Program-made: the position numbers and the translations under genes
In this document: piece by piece, positions 42,952 to 52,131 of the stretch
How positions within the stretch are numbered: position 1 is the stretch's first letter
Layout: each line of letters starts with the position of its first letter
The notes under the pieces: generated by a model
Database searches by the model: none
What the model was told of the DNA's origin: nothing
What the model saw: only the letters and a program-made list of their open reading frames with translations
Origin: Candidatus Micrarchaeota archaeon CG1_02_47_40
GTDB taxonomy: Archaea; Micrarchaeota; Micrarchaeia; Anstonellales; CG1-02-47-40
Direction of reading: 5' to 3'
Length of the DNA: 64,000 nt
NCBI GenBank assembly: GCA_001871475.1
Contig: MNVE01000009.1
Span: 85,120-149,119, forward strand

Positions 42952-44271
42952 TTATTGCGAGAAGTAGTTTTCAAGGGGAACTTCCCCTTCTTGGGGGAGC
43001 GTGGCTTTCCCCTTTTTCTTCCCTTTTGCATGCGCAGGTTTGTGCTTTTCCTTTTTATGGGGTTTTTCCTGCTCTTTTTCCGCAGTTTCCATCGCTTCGT
43101 GCGCCGCTGCATGCTGCACATGGATGCCTTTTGCTCCTTCGTTTCCGTTTCCCTTTTTTGCCTCCTGCGCATGGGTGCCTTTTGCTTCTTTCTTCTTTTT
43201 TGCTTCATGCGCGTGGATGCCTTTTGCTTCTTCTTTTCCCTTGTGCGCTTTCCCTGCTTTCGTTGCCTTTGCAATTGCAAGCAGGAGAAGCGCAAGCAGA
43301 ATAAATGCTATAAGCGCTCCGCCGGCAAGAAGGTAAATCATCGTTGGATCATTTGTCTCTTCCGTGATTTGCGCACCTGCACCTTCCTGTGGCTGTGCAG
43401 GAGTCGGCTGTCCGGTTTCTGAAGGGGTTGTCGGTTCCGGATTGGAGTTTGATGTTGAAACTACTCTGTATGAAAGCTCTTTGTAAGTGAAGCGATAATT
43501 CCCCTCATCAAGTGCAACGAGGTTCACCTGTCCTTTTATGTTTGTTGTGCGCGTGACATTGCCAATCGGCGTTTGCACGGATATTTTTTCGCCTATGGCT
43601 GGCCGGTTGCCAATAAGAAGGGTTGCAGTTATTGTCTGCCCTGGCTGGATTATTTCGGGAACTGAAAGGGAGTAACCCTCTTCTAGAGCGCCACCTTCCC
43701 CTCCTTCTTCCCCCCCTTGCGTGATTCCCGTTAAGTCAATGTCATATTTGAGGGATACTTTTTCCGCAATGAGTATTCCCGCAAATCTCGGGTTGCCTAC
43801 TGCCTTTACTTCTATTTCATAGGTGTCTGCTGGAACGGAGGAAAAAACATACTGCCCGTTTTCGTTCATTGCGGTTTTTGAGTAGACAAGCCCGCCGCGC
43901 AGAAGGTATATCTCCTTTCCAGCCAAGGTTTGTGTTGATTTGACCGTTCCGTAAATGCACTGGCGGTTCTGCACTATCACAACGTTTCTTTCCATATTGG
44001 AATTGATGGCGAGCAGTTGCACATTATCGGGGTAGTTTTGGCGCCTGAAAACTACGAAGTATGTTCCGTTTTCAAGGGAAAGTGAATATCTTCCGTCAAT
44101 GCCTGCTGTAGTGCTTGCGACCACCCTTATGGGGCTTGACGCCTCAACAATTGTGCCGATAAGCATTACGTTGGAGGAGCTTCTTACCTGCCCTGAAAGT
44201 GTGTAGGGAAAAATAACAGAAGAAAAAAGAAAAATGCAGAATGCCGATAGGAATATTGTTTTTCTTTCCAT
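42952..44271 (-). CDS. Secreted/membrane-anchored protein with carboxypeptidase-regulatory-like beta-sandwich repeats, a C-terminal TM and a His/Lys-rich repeat tail
   Basis: N-terminal signal (IFLSAFCIFLFSSVIFPY), repeated GxY.f.v-type beta units, TM MIYLLAGGALIAFILLALLLLAIA, tail EAKGIHAHEAKKKKEAKGTHAQEAKK... Confidence 0.6.
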   Translation of the reverse strand: MERKTIFLSAFCIFLFSSVIFPYTLSGQVRSSSNVMLIGTIVEASSPIRVVASTTAGIDGRYSLSLENGTYFVVFRRQNYPDNVQLLAINSNMERNVVIVQNRQCIYGTVKSTQTLAGKEIYLLRGGLVYSKTAMNENGQYVFSSVPADTYEIEVKAVGNPRFAGILIAEKVSLKYDIDLTGITQGGEEGGEGGALEEGYSLSVPEIIQPGQTITATLLIGNRPAIGEKISVQTPIGNVTRTTNIKGQVNLVALDEGNYRFTYKELSYRVVSTSNSNPEPTTPSETGQPTPAQPQEGAGAQITEETNDPTMIYLLAGGALIAFILLALLLLAIAKATKAGKAHKGKEEAKGIHAHEAKKKKEAKGTHAQEAKKGNGNEGAKGIHVQHAAAHEAMETAEKEQEKPHKKEKHKPAHAKGKKKGKATLPQEGEVPLENYFSQ

Positions 44272-44308
44272 GGGATAATACTAACAAGGTATGCTTTAAA
44301 AGTTTCTC

Positions 44309-45310
44309 TCATGGCGCTTTCATTATTATTTTCAGTTTATAGCCGCATTTCGGGCAGGCGTTTCCCTTTGCAAGGCGGTTTTCCAAAACTGAAAAGCCGA
44401 ATCTCTTTATTGCCAGTGCCTTGCATTTTGGGCAGTAGGTATTTTCCCCCTCATCTCCAGGCGCATTTCCAGTGTATGCGTAATGGATTCCTTCTTCCAA
44501 AGCAATGCGGCGGGCTTTCTGCAAAGTGGAGAGCGGGGTTGGCGGAATCGCCATCTTGTTGCATGGGTAGTAGGCGGTGAAGTGAATGGGAATTTCAGGT
44601 GAGAGCTTTCGCACCCATTTGCACATTTGGTGAAGCTCGTCTTCATCGTCATTCAGCGTAGGGATGAGCAGGACAATCAATTCTATGTGCATTTTCTTGT
44701 GCAGTAGTTTTATTGAGTCAAGCACTCCATCTAAAGAAGCGCCTCCGCAGACTTCCTTGTAGAATTTGTCGTTGAATGCCTTCAGGTCTATTCTTGCGGC
44801 GTCAATAGTTTGCATGAGGGCAATGGCTTCCCTGCTCATGTATCCGTTTGTAACAAATACGTTTGCAAGCTTTTCCTTTCTTGCCAATTTCGCGCAATCA
44901 AGAGCATATTCCATGAAAATAGTGGGTTCTGTGTAGGTATATGCGATGCTTTTTGCGTTTTGGGATTTTGCCATCTGCGCAACCTTTTCCGGTGGCAGGT
45001 CAATTCCACTTATTTCCCTTGCTTGGGAGATGGAGGCATTCTGGCAGTGGAGGCAGGAAAAATTGCATCCTACTGTTGCGATTGAGAAAGAGAGAGTTCC
45101 CGGCAAAAAGTGATAAAAGGGCTTTTTTTCTATCGGGTCGGTGTTGTATGAGCAGCATTTGGCGTAATTTAATGAGTATAACTTTCCGTTTTCATTCTTG
45201 CGCACATGGCAGAAGCCGGTTTTTCCCTCTGCGATGGTGCAGTTTCTCCTGCAAAGATGGCACTTTACGAGATTGTTTGGCAGTTTTTCGTAGAGGAGGG
45301 CTTCTTTCAT
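44309..45310 (-). CDS. AmmeMemoRadiSam-system radical SAM enzyme (the ORF extends to 45640; Met111 at 45310 fits homolog N-termini)
   Basis: MKEALLYEKLPNNLVKCHLCRRNCTIAEGKTGFCHVRKN..., CNFSCLHCQN (CxxxCxxC), C-terminal CPKC...CPKCG. Confidence 0.8.
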   Translation of the reverse strand: MKEALLYEKLPNNLVKCHLCRRNCTIAEGKTGFCHVRKNENGKLYSLNYAKCCSYNTDPIEKKPFYHFLPGTLSFSIATVGCNFSCLHCQNASISQAREISGIDLPPEKVAQMAKSQNAKSIAYTYTEPTIFMEYALDCAKLARKEKLANVFVTNGYMSREAIALMQTIDAARIDLKAFNDKFYKEVCGGASLDGVLDSIKLLHKKMHIELIVLLIPTLNDDEDELHQMCKWVRKLSPEIPIHFTAYYPCNKMAIPPTPLSTLQKARRIALEEGIHYAYTGNAPGDEGENTYCPKCKALAIKRFGFSVLENRLAKGNACPKCGYKLKIIMKAP

Positions 45311-45570
45311 GGTGAGAATTCCGCATCTGCTGTTTTTAAAATAATTGTGTAGCATAGTATAAGCGGGTGGTTGGATGGCACAACAAATAGCGGCTATTTT
45401 TTCAAAGGATGCAACTAAACCTATTGGTCGGAATACGCGCCCGCCTGAAAAAGCGATAAAAGAAAGACAACCATTTATGCGCGAAGGGCCTACTTTCGCG
45501 TCTGACGCTTGGCTGATTGAAAAAATGGTAAAAGAAAGGAAGCCGCTTAATCCTTTGCTAAAATCAAGGT

Positions 45571-46011
45571 ATGGCGTGCTTCTGCTTTGAGCATCAGCGC
45601 CTGAAAAAACAGGGGATGAAGGCGAACCGCCGGCTCTCAAAGGAAGCAGAGATGGTTTTTGCAGAATTCATTTACGCAATCAGCGAATACAGGAATGGTT
45701 ATGCGGTGGATGCGATTAAGTTGGTGAGAGGCAGGCGCTCTTTTAATTTGCTTGTTGATGCGGTCTGCTCCTGCCAAAATGATAACATCTACTCGAGAGA
45801 AAAACGCGATTTGCTCTGCGGGCTCTTGGCTGGAGAGAATAAATTTCATCTTACTAAAAAACAGCAGATTTTGGTTGCAAATGCAATCGCAAGAGAAAAT
45901 GTTATGAGAAAGTATGACGCACAAGAGGTATTGGAAAGGTGCAACGGAAATCTCTGTGAAAAAGCAAGGAAGATTCTTGAAAAAACCGCAAATATTTTTA
46001 CTAGTGCCTAA
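45571..46011 (+). CDS. Hypothetical protein (the start may be an internal Met, e.g. 45616)
   Basis: Protein-like ORF with no recognised motif. Confidence 0.4.
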   Translation: MACFCFEHQRLKKQGMKANRRLSKEAEMVFAEFIYAISEYRNGYAVDAIKLVRGRRSFNLLVDAVCSCQNDNIYSREKRDLLCGLLAGENKFHLTKKQQILVANAIARENVMRKYDAQEVLERCNGNLCEKARKILEKTANIFTSA

Positions 46012-47563
46012 AATGCCTTATTCCGCTAAACAGCATCGCAATTCCGTGCTTATCGCACGCTGAAATAACATCGTTATCATTCAAAGAGCCGCCCGGCTGA
46101 AGCACCGCCTTCACTTTCTCTTTTGCAATTTCTTCTATCACATCCGGAAAGGGAATGAATGCATCGCTTGCCATTACGGATTTTGACAGGTCAAACCCGT
46201 CCATTTTCGCCTTTTGCATCCCAATCCTGCAGGAGTCTATACGGCTCATCTGCCCTGCGCCTACCCCGACAACCTGCTTGTCTGTTGAGAATACAAGGGC
46301 GTTTGATTTTGTGTGCTTTACGAATTTGACTGCAAAGCGGAGCGCAGAGAGTTCGTATGCACTTGGCTTGCGCTTGGTAACGCATTTGAGTCTCTTTTCA
46401 TCATAAATAATGCCGTCATACTCCTGGTAGAGGATGCCGCCCCATACGTGGCGCGAAACGAATTTCGGGGCGCTCATTGCCAAAAGATGAGTAATATCCA
46501 GGATGCGCCTGTTTGTTTTCTGCTTTAGTATGAGCAGTGCGTCATCATCATAGCCCGGCGCAAGTATGACATCCACAAACCTGCTCCCTATTGCTTTGGC
46601 AGTTTCCAAGTCAACCGGCTTTGAGAATGCTATAACTGAACCAAAAGCGCTCCCTGGGTCGGACTGGAAGGCTTTCTCATATGATTCCATGAGTGTTTTT
46701 CCGATTGCGCCTCCGCAGGGGTTGGTGTGCTTTATTATGACGGTTGCGGTTTCCCCTTCAAACTCCCTAATCAATCCAAGCGCGGAATCCGCATCAAGAA
46801 AATTGTTGAAGGACATTTGCTTTCCCGAATATATTTTAGCGTCAAAAATGCTTATCTGCCCCCACTGCGAGTAGGCGGCGGCGCGCTGGTGGGGGTTTTC
46901 CCCGTATCTCAAATCATATGCGCGCTCAAAGCGCATTTTCAGGAATTCCGGGAAATCTTCATTCTTTTGCCCGAAATATTTTGCGATGTTCCAGTCATAG
47001 CGCGCTGTGCGCGTGAACGCCTTTGCCATCAGTGATTTGCGGGTTTCTGCTGAAAGGAAGCCGCCGCTTTTTTTCATCTCTGCCGCCACTCCTTCATAAT
47101 CGTCAGGGTCAACGACAACCGCAACGTGCTCGAAATTCTTTGCCGCCGCCCGTATAAGCGAAGGCCCGCCTATGTCAATGTTTTCTATTACCTCTTCCAG
47201 TTTCGCATCCGCTTTTCCGGCAATCTCAATGAAGGGGTAGAGATTCACCACCACCATGTCTATCGGGAGTATGCCCTGCTTTTTTGCCTCCTCCTCGTCT
47301 TCCTTTTTTCCCCTTCTGTAAAGAATTCCCCCGTGTATTTTGGGGTGCAGTGTTTTCACCCTTCCTTGCAGTATTTCGGGAAAACCGGTAAAGGAGGAGA
47401 CTTCGGTGACTGGGATGCCCGCCTTGCGGAGAATGAGCGCCGTCTTTCCGGTGGAGATTATTTCCGCGCCAGATTTGGCAAGCTCGCTGGCAAAGGAGCC
47501 TATTTTGCGCTTGTCAAAAACCGATATTAAAACTCGCCTTATTTTAACTGCCACGTTTATCAT
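46001..47563 (-). CDS. purH: Bifunctional AICAR transformylase / IMP cyclohydrolase
   Basis: VLISVFDK...STGKTA..L...GIPVTEVSSFTGFPEILQGRVKTLHPKIHGGIL, plus C-terminal AICARFT motifs (NPHQ, KHTKSNA). Confidence 0.9.
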   Translation of the reverse strand: MINVAVKIRRVLISVFDKRKIGSFASELAKSGAEIISTGKTALILRKAGIPVTEVSSFTGFPEILQGRVKTLHPKIHGGILYRRGKKEDEEEAKKQGILPIDMVVVNLYPFIEIAGKADAKLEEVIENIDIGGPSLIRAAAKNFEHVAVVVDPDDYEGVAAEMKKSGGFLSAETRKSLMAKAFTRTARYDWNIAKYFGQKNEDFPEFLKMRFERAYDLRYGENPHQRAAAYSQWGQISIFDAKIYSGKQMSFNNFLDADSALGLIREFEGETATVIIKHTNPCGGAIGKTLMESYEKAFQSDPGSAFGSVIAFSKPVDLETAKAIGSRFVDVILAPGYDDDALLILKQKTNRRILDITHLLAMSAPKFVSRHVWGGILYQEYDGIIYDEKRLKCVTKRKPSAYELSALRFAVKFVKHTKSNALVFSTDKQVVGVGAGQMSRIDSCRIGMQKAKMDGFDLSKSVMASDAFIPFPDVIEEIAKEKVKAVLQPGGSLNDNDVISACDKHGIAMLFSGIRHFRH

Positions 47564-47595
47564 ATTTGAGCGGAAATGCTTTTTAAAGGGGATGT

Positions 47596-48231
47596 TCAGG
47601 CAAGCGCTTTAAGCTGCGCGAGCATTTTCTTTTTCCAGTCTGAAAACTCCTTAAAATTCATTCCAATATATGGAAGGCTGGTCTTGTCAAGAGACTGCAG
47701 TTGGCGCATAAGCTCTGCCGCATACTCGTCATTCCCGTATTTTTTTGCGTATTGCGCGTACTTTTCAAGAGAAAGCCCGCTTCTTGCAAGCAGATTGATT
47801 ATGTCTATTAAGTCCTTTCTTCCTTTCACGCTTGCTTCCCTATCTGAAAGCGCACCCTGCTTGAGGAGAAGAAGCATTTCCGGCTCGCAGACGGATATGC
47901 CCTGCACTTTTTTTGCGCTTTTTAGTATTGCCTCGCACGGAACGGATAGATGTGAATAACCGGGGAGATAGATGTCAATATCAAACTTCTCAAATTTTGC
48001 CTCGTATTTATAGAGGCGCTCGTTTTTTGAAAGGGAAAATTCGGAGCGCAATTTCAGCAGTTCGGGGTAATCAACCACCAAATCTATACCCTTTGACTTT
48101 TGCATTCCGCTCCAGAGGTAGATTGCCCATCCCCCTATGAGCACGAATGAGTACTTTTTGCTTAATTCCTGCAGTTTTTCCCAGCTTGCTTGTGTGAGAG
48201 TTTCATTCCAGAATTCCGCCATAAAAATCAC
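47596..48231 (-). CDS. Nucleotidyltransferase-fold protein (MNT/AbiEii-like putative toxin)
   Basis: FVLIGGWAIYLW...SKGIDLVV...EPEMLLLLKQGA...GRKDLIDI. ATGA overlap with the upstream wHTH gene. Paralogous to 56104-56790. Confidence 0.45.
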   Translation of the reverse strand: MIFMAEFWNETLTQASWEKLQELSKKYSFVLIGGWAIYLWSGMQKSKGIDLVVDYPELLKLRSEFSLSKNERLYKYEAKFEKFDIDIYLPGYSHLSVPCEAILKSAKKVQGISVCEPEMLLLLKQGALSDREASVKGRKDLIDIINLLARSGLSLEKYAQYAKKYGNDEYAAELMRQLQSLDKTSLPYIGMNFKEFSDWKKKMLAQLKALA

Positions 48232-48821
48232 CAGCCAAACCGTTTCTCAAATGCATCTGTAAATTCTTTTGCATACCATTGCGGAAGGTTCCATAAATCA
48301 ACGTAAATTTGCGGGAGCGAAGCTATTCCTTTTTTTGCAGTTTGGAGCATATTCTCATCCGCCTTCAGTACAAAAAGGTTTGCGGGCCCCTCTTTTTTTG
48401 GAAATCTCCGCTGAATTTCCGCAAGCCCTTTTTCATCAGCATAAACATATATTTCCGAATAATCGGCAGGCACGTCATCAAAGAGGAATTTGTATGCTGA
48501 ATAGGCAGTGAAAATAGCGTTGGCAGGCATATTCTTCTCAATCCGAGAGGGGGGCATTTCAGCCCTCGTCTGCCAGCAAATATCCTTCTGCAAATTGCGC
48601 ACGCTTGCGAAGTAGAGGATGAGCTTTTTTTCGTCAATTACCGCAAGGCTTCTCTGCCTGACCTGCACTGCGCCAATTCTTCTTAGAGGGAAAATCGCAC
48701 CATTCACCGTATTAAGAGAGATTTGAAGTTTTTTTGAGAGCATAAGCTGAGTTAGGATGTTTTTTTCCTTGCGCAGGATATGCTCTGCAAGCTCGCGGTA
48801 GATGATTTCCTTCTGTTTCAT
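48228..48821 (-). CDS. wHTH protein (AbiEi-like putative antitoxin/regulator)
   Basis: N-terminal wHTH: IIYRELAEHILRKEKNILTQLMLSKKLQISLNTVNGAIFPLRRIGAV. The C-terminal domain includes TAYSAYKFL...EIYVYADE. Confidence 0.45.
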   Translation of the reverse strand: MKQKEIIYRELAEHILRKEKNILTQLMLSKKLQISLNTVNGAIFPLRRIGAVQVRQRSLAVIDEKKLILYFASVRNLQKDICWQTRAEMPPSRIEKNMPANAIFTAYSAYKFLFDDVPADYSEIYVYADEKGLAEIQRRFPKKEGPANLFVLKADENMLQTAKKGIASLPQIYVDLWNLPQWYAKEFTDAFEKRFGW

Positions 48822-48853
48822 GTTTCTATTTTAGTTTTGTTTGTTTATAAATG

Positions 48854-48871
48854 TTTCTATATTTATAGAAA
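48854..48871. promoter_or_regulatory. Perfect palindrome TTTCTATA-TT-TATAGAAA upstream of the wHTH gene (operator/TATA overlap)
   Basis: Read directly. It lies 33-50 nt upstream of the ATG at 48821. A TTTCTAT half-site recurs at about 48823. Confidence 0.5.
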
Positions 48872-48984
48872 GATGCTTCTGCAGATGGCTTTGAGCCGCT
48901 TTAGGGGAGTTCTTGCCATTTGCAGATGATTGGTGGTGAATTTGGACGCCTTTTTATTTCTTGCCGAGCATAATTTCCACTGTG

Positions 48985-49199
48985 CCAAGGTAACTCAGCC
49001 TGGTTAGAGTGCCAGACTCATAAATGCTCAATCCACAGCTTCGCTGTGGAGCGGTGTCCGTAAGGACGCTCAAAAGCGTGATTTGTGAGTAATGAGCCTC
49101 CTCCTGGAGGCGATGAAGAATAAAGGCGCTTTGATGGGGTGAAATCTGGAAGCCGCGAGTTCAAAAATAATAATATTTTGGAAATCTCGCCCTTGGCAT
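48985..49199 (+). tRNA. tRNA with CAU anticodon (elongator Met, or Ile2 if modified) carrying two introns
   Basis: GCCAAGG-TA-ACTC-AGCCTGGTTA-GAGT-G-CCAGA-CTCATAA-[121-nt intron, about 49024-49144]-TCTGG-AAGCC-GCGAG-TTCAAA[19-nt insert]T-CTCGC-CCTTGGC-A. All stems are perfect, the mature length is 75 nt, and a T-rich tract follows. Confidence 0.85.
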
Positions 49200-49212
49200 A
49201 TTTATTTTATTT

Positions 49213-50940
49213 TCACCTTCTTCTTTCCAGCAATCTTCTTTTCAGCGGGCTTTCCCGCAGTATGAAGGCAGCCGTCCTGCTTGCGTCCCAGAGGAAGAGT
49301 ATGCTGATTGCAAAGGGTATTGCCGCAATTGAGTAGAAGATGGGCGGAAGGGAAATAAGAGCAAATATTATGGGGATTATGAAGGCGGTGAAAAAGAAGA
49401 GCGCGAAAAGGGAGAGTGCGCGCTTTGCCCGCTTTCCGGTCTCAAGGGCGGAGCACTCGTTCTGCAAAAACGCCTCCGCTGCGGTTTCCAAAATCTCCTT
49501 TATTGCCAGCACTGCCGCGGAAAAGGGCGCTATGAAAAGAAGCAGCCCGACTATCCGCACAACGTCGTACATTGCTGCGCCTGCCACCAATATGCCCGTT
49601 TTTGGGGCGATGCTTGAGAAGATGAAAGTCAGCCCTGCCACGACTGCGGCAAGCAATCCGTAGAAGATAAGGCGCGAGCCCTGCTCCAGAAAGCGCCTAA
49701 AGCCCCTGCCGCCGGGTTCCAGGTAAAGCATAAGGTTGCGCAGGTAGCCTGAAAGGCGGCGGAAGGGGGTGCGCTCCGAGCGGGGGAATAAACTTGAAAG
49801 GAAAGGATATATTGTGCGCTCGCGAGAGAGGAGGCGCGAGGAGAAAAATGCCGAAATCATCACTATTGCAGTTGTCAGGCTGACTACGTCTATTGAGGAG
49901 GATGGAGCTGCCTCTTTCGCAATCAAGATGGAGAATTCCCCCACTGAAAGCATTGCCAGGGCGGAGAAGGCGGCGCTCTTTGAGTCAAAGCCAAGGAGAT
50001 AGGTGCTGAAGTAAGTGCCGGCAAACTTTGCAAGGAGGTTTATTATGTTCAGCGCCAGAAGCAGCCAGATTGCGCCAAGCGCCGCTTTCCAGTCAAAGAG
50101 CATGCCGACTGAAAAAAAGAAAAATGAAGCGAATATCGTATTGAAGGGAACGAGAAGGTGCTCCACTTTCTTGAATACCGGGACGGACGCGACAAGGGAG
50201 CCCCCGAGGAATGCGCCTATGCCAAAGGAAAGCCCGAGCATGTGAGATACGAATGCGAGTACGAATGCAACGGAAAATGCCGCCAGTATGAGCGCATCGG
50301 AGGAGTTTAGGTTGTCCACGTGCCACATGAATCTGCGCACGAGCCGCTCAAATATTATGTATGCTATCCCGAGGAACACCACGGAAAATGCAATTGGGAC
50401 GAATACGCCCGTTGAAATTGATTTCACCGCCTCTACTTTCATGCTTGAAAAAAATGTCAGTATCACCACTCCCACTATATCCTCAATGACAAGCACGGAA
50501 AACAGCAGCTTTACCTCCGGGCGGTTCTTGAATTCGTCCTTTACCAACCCTGCGAATATGGCTGTACTCGTAATTGAAAGCACGAAGCCGATTATGAGGG
50601 CGTCAGCCACCGGCAGGCCGAAGAGGAGGGAGAAGAGGTAGCTTATGAGAAATACAAGACCCATTTTAAATGCGGTTATCATCAGGGCGCGGAAAGACTG
50701 GCGCACCATGTTTGAGATGGAAAAGCCGACGCCTATGGTGAAAAGGAGGAGCGCCCCCCCAAGCTCGGAAAATATTTCTATCGCCTCTCCTGACTGCACA
50801 ATAGAGAGGGCGTGCGGACCGACGAGGGCGCCTGCAAGCAGCAAGCCTATGACGGTAGGCGAGCGGTAGCGAAGGGATATTATGGAGCCTATCAGGGAGA
50901 AGATTAGGATTAGCCCCATATCAGTAAAGATGTTGTGCAT
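49213..50940 (-). CDS. Cation:proton antiporter (CPA2/Kef-NapA type) with an extra C-terminal membrane domain
   Basis: VIGLLLAGALVGPHAL...IFSELGGALLLFTIGVGFS and about 13 or more TM segments. Confidence 0.75.
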   Translation of the reverse strand: MHNIFTDMGLILIFSLIGSIISLRYRSPTVIGLLLAGALVGPHALSIVQSGEAIEIFSELGGALLLFTIGVGFSISNMVRQSFRALMITAFKMGLVFLISYLFSLLFGLPVADALIIGFVLSITSTAIFAGLVKDEFKNRPEVKLLFSVLVIEDIVGVVILTFFSSMKVEAVKSISTGVFVPIAFSVVFLGIAYIIFERLVRRFMWHVDNLNSSDALILAAFSVAFVLAFVSHMLGLSFGIGAFLGGSLVASVPVFKKVEHLLVPFNTIFASFFFFSVGMLFDWKAALGAIWLLLALNIINLLAKFAGTYFSTYLLGFDSKSAAFSALAMLSVGEFSILIAKEAAPSSSIDVVSLTTAIVMISAFFSSRLLSRERTIYPFLSSLFPRSERTPFRRLSGYLRNLMLYLEPGGRGFRRFLEQGSRLIFYGLLAAVVAGLTFIFSSIAPKTGILVAGAAMYDVVRIVGLLLFIAPFSAAVLAIKEILETAAEAFLQNECSALETGKRAKRALSLFALFFFTAFIIPIIFALISLPPIFYSIAAIPFAISILFLWDASRTAAFILRESPLKRRLLERRR

Positions 50941-51057
50941 TTCTGGCTCGCCTTTGAGAGATATAAAAAAGAAGGTTTTTAATTGGATGCTGTTTTAAGC
51001 AGAGGCAGGGCGCCTGCAATAACCTCTATTAAATTCTTAGGGCGAACCTCATTCTGC

Positions 51058-51369
51058 TTATACCCCTCTCTCTCCCATCGAAATGCCGTTTTTCTGTTCC
51101 TTTATCCAAATCGCGTATCCATCTTCTCGCATAGAAAAAAGAGTATCCCATTTTGAGGGCGGAATTGCCGTTCCGCCGGGCAGTTCCTCTCTTATAACCC
51201 GCATTGGCTGGCGCCCGTTTCCAGAAGGAACGGATTCGTGCAATGGGAAGATGCTTGCGAAGAATTGCTTAATTCTGTTATGCGGCAAAGGAGCGGTGTT
51301 TTTGCCAGACTGCCCCTCTCTGTTCAAACCAGTCCTAAAAACGCCGGGTATTCCACTAACCATATTCAA
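51058..51369 (-). CDS. Hypothetical small protein (weak call)
   Basis: 103-aa ORF. The competing plus-strand ORF 51083-51511 is Cys/Trp-rich and looks less protein-like. No motif found. Confidence 0.25.
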   Translation of the reverse strand: MNMVSGIPGVFRTGLNREGQSGKNTAPLPHNRIKQFFASIFPLHESVPSGNGRQPMRVIREELPGGTAIPPSKWDTLFSMREDGYAIWIKEQKNGISMGERGV

Positions 51370-51456
51370 TCACCTGTTGAGTATTGGACTTTGGCTTTCA
51401 CTTAAACATATTGTTTTAAATATAACAAAAAACAAAGAGAATGTTAAGGTGATGGG

Positions 51457-52131
51457 ATGCCGACGGTTTCAATGGTTGTTAGAAAAATGCTGGAGGAGGA
51501 GCCCTTCATAGAGGATGCGCTGGAAAAGGGGCTGATAAACTACACCAAGCTGGCGCATTACCTTCAGGAGAGGGTGGAGGGGGAGGTTGGAAGGAAAGTT
51601 GAGGCACCGGCAATATTAATGGCACTGAAGAGGGCAGGAAGAAGCGCAAGGGAGGCAGGAACTGCCAATCTTGATTTCTCCGGCTGCGAGATTGCTGTCC
51701 GTGGGGGAGTGTGCGAATTCAACTATAGGAAAACGCAAGGCGCGATTAAGGCGGCAGACTCTCTCTTTGAGGTTGTGGATTTGGCTGGCGGAGACATACT
51801 CAATGTAAGTTATGGCAATTACGAAATTTCAGTAATAGTTGGGGAGAAGCTTGCAAGACAGGTAGGAAAGAAGATGGAAGGGGAAAAACTTCTTTCAGAG
51901 GCGAAAAAACTCTCGCTTCTGTGCGTGCGCTTCCCGAAAAATATAGTGGGGCAGGTGGGTTTCTTCTCTTTGATTACGCGCGCGCTTGCCTGGCATGGGA
52001 TAAACATACAGGAAACGATTTCCACCCTGACGGAGTTCATACTTGTATTGAATACGAAGGATGCCGCGCGGGCGTATGACGTGCTTATGGAACTCTTCTC
52101 GCGCAAAAGAAGCGTTGGGGCGCTGGAATAG
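51457..52131 (+). CDS. ACT-domain regulatory protein (COG2150-like)
   Basis: C-terminal ACT-like unit: LSLLCVRFPKNIVGQVGFFSLITRALAWHGINIQETISTLTEFILVLNTKDAARAYDVL. Confidence 0.45.
   Translation: MPTVSMVVRKMLEEEPFIEDALEKGLINYTKLAHYLQERVEGEVGRKVEAPAILMALKRAGRSAREAGTANLDFSGCEIAVRGGVCEFNYRKTQGAIKAADSLFEVVDLAGGDILNVSYGNYEISVIVGEKLARQVGKKMEGEKLLSEAKKLSLLCVRFPKNIVGQVGFFSLITRALAWHGINIQETISTLTEFILVLNTKDAARAYDVLMELFSRKRSVGALE

Noticed and set aside
42640-43422. A 260-aa plus-strand ORF.
   Set aside because: It is Cys/Phe/Arg-rich and implausible. It is antisense to a clear multi-CxxC zinc-ribbon gene and to the tail of the surface-protein gene.
45375-45590. A 71-aa plus-strand ORF in the ~300-bp gap between the radical SAM gene and the hypothetical gene.
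   Set aside because: No motif or ribosome-binding/TATA context was recognised. It overlaps the alternative N-terminal extension of the radical SAM ORF. It is left uncalled.
44309-45640. The full 443-aa version of the radical SAM ORF.
   Set aside because: The first 110 codons are low-complexity and unlike AmmeMemoRadiSam N-termini. Met111 (45310) gives the canonical MKEALLYEKL...CHLC start.
49024-49144. A box C/D guide RNA might be embedded in the long tRNA(CAU) intron.
   Set aside because: Only degenerate C-like strings (GATGAAGA, TGATGG) are present. There is no CTGA D box in the intron, so this is not supportable from sequence alone.
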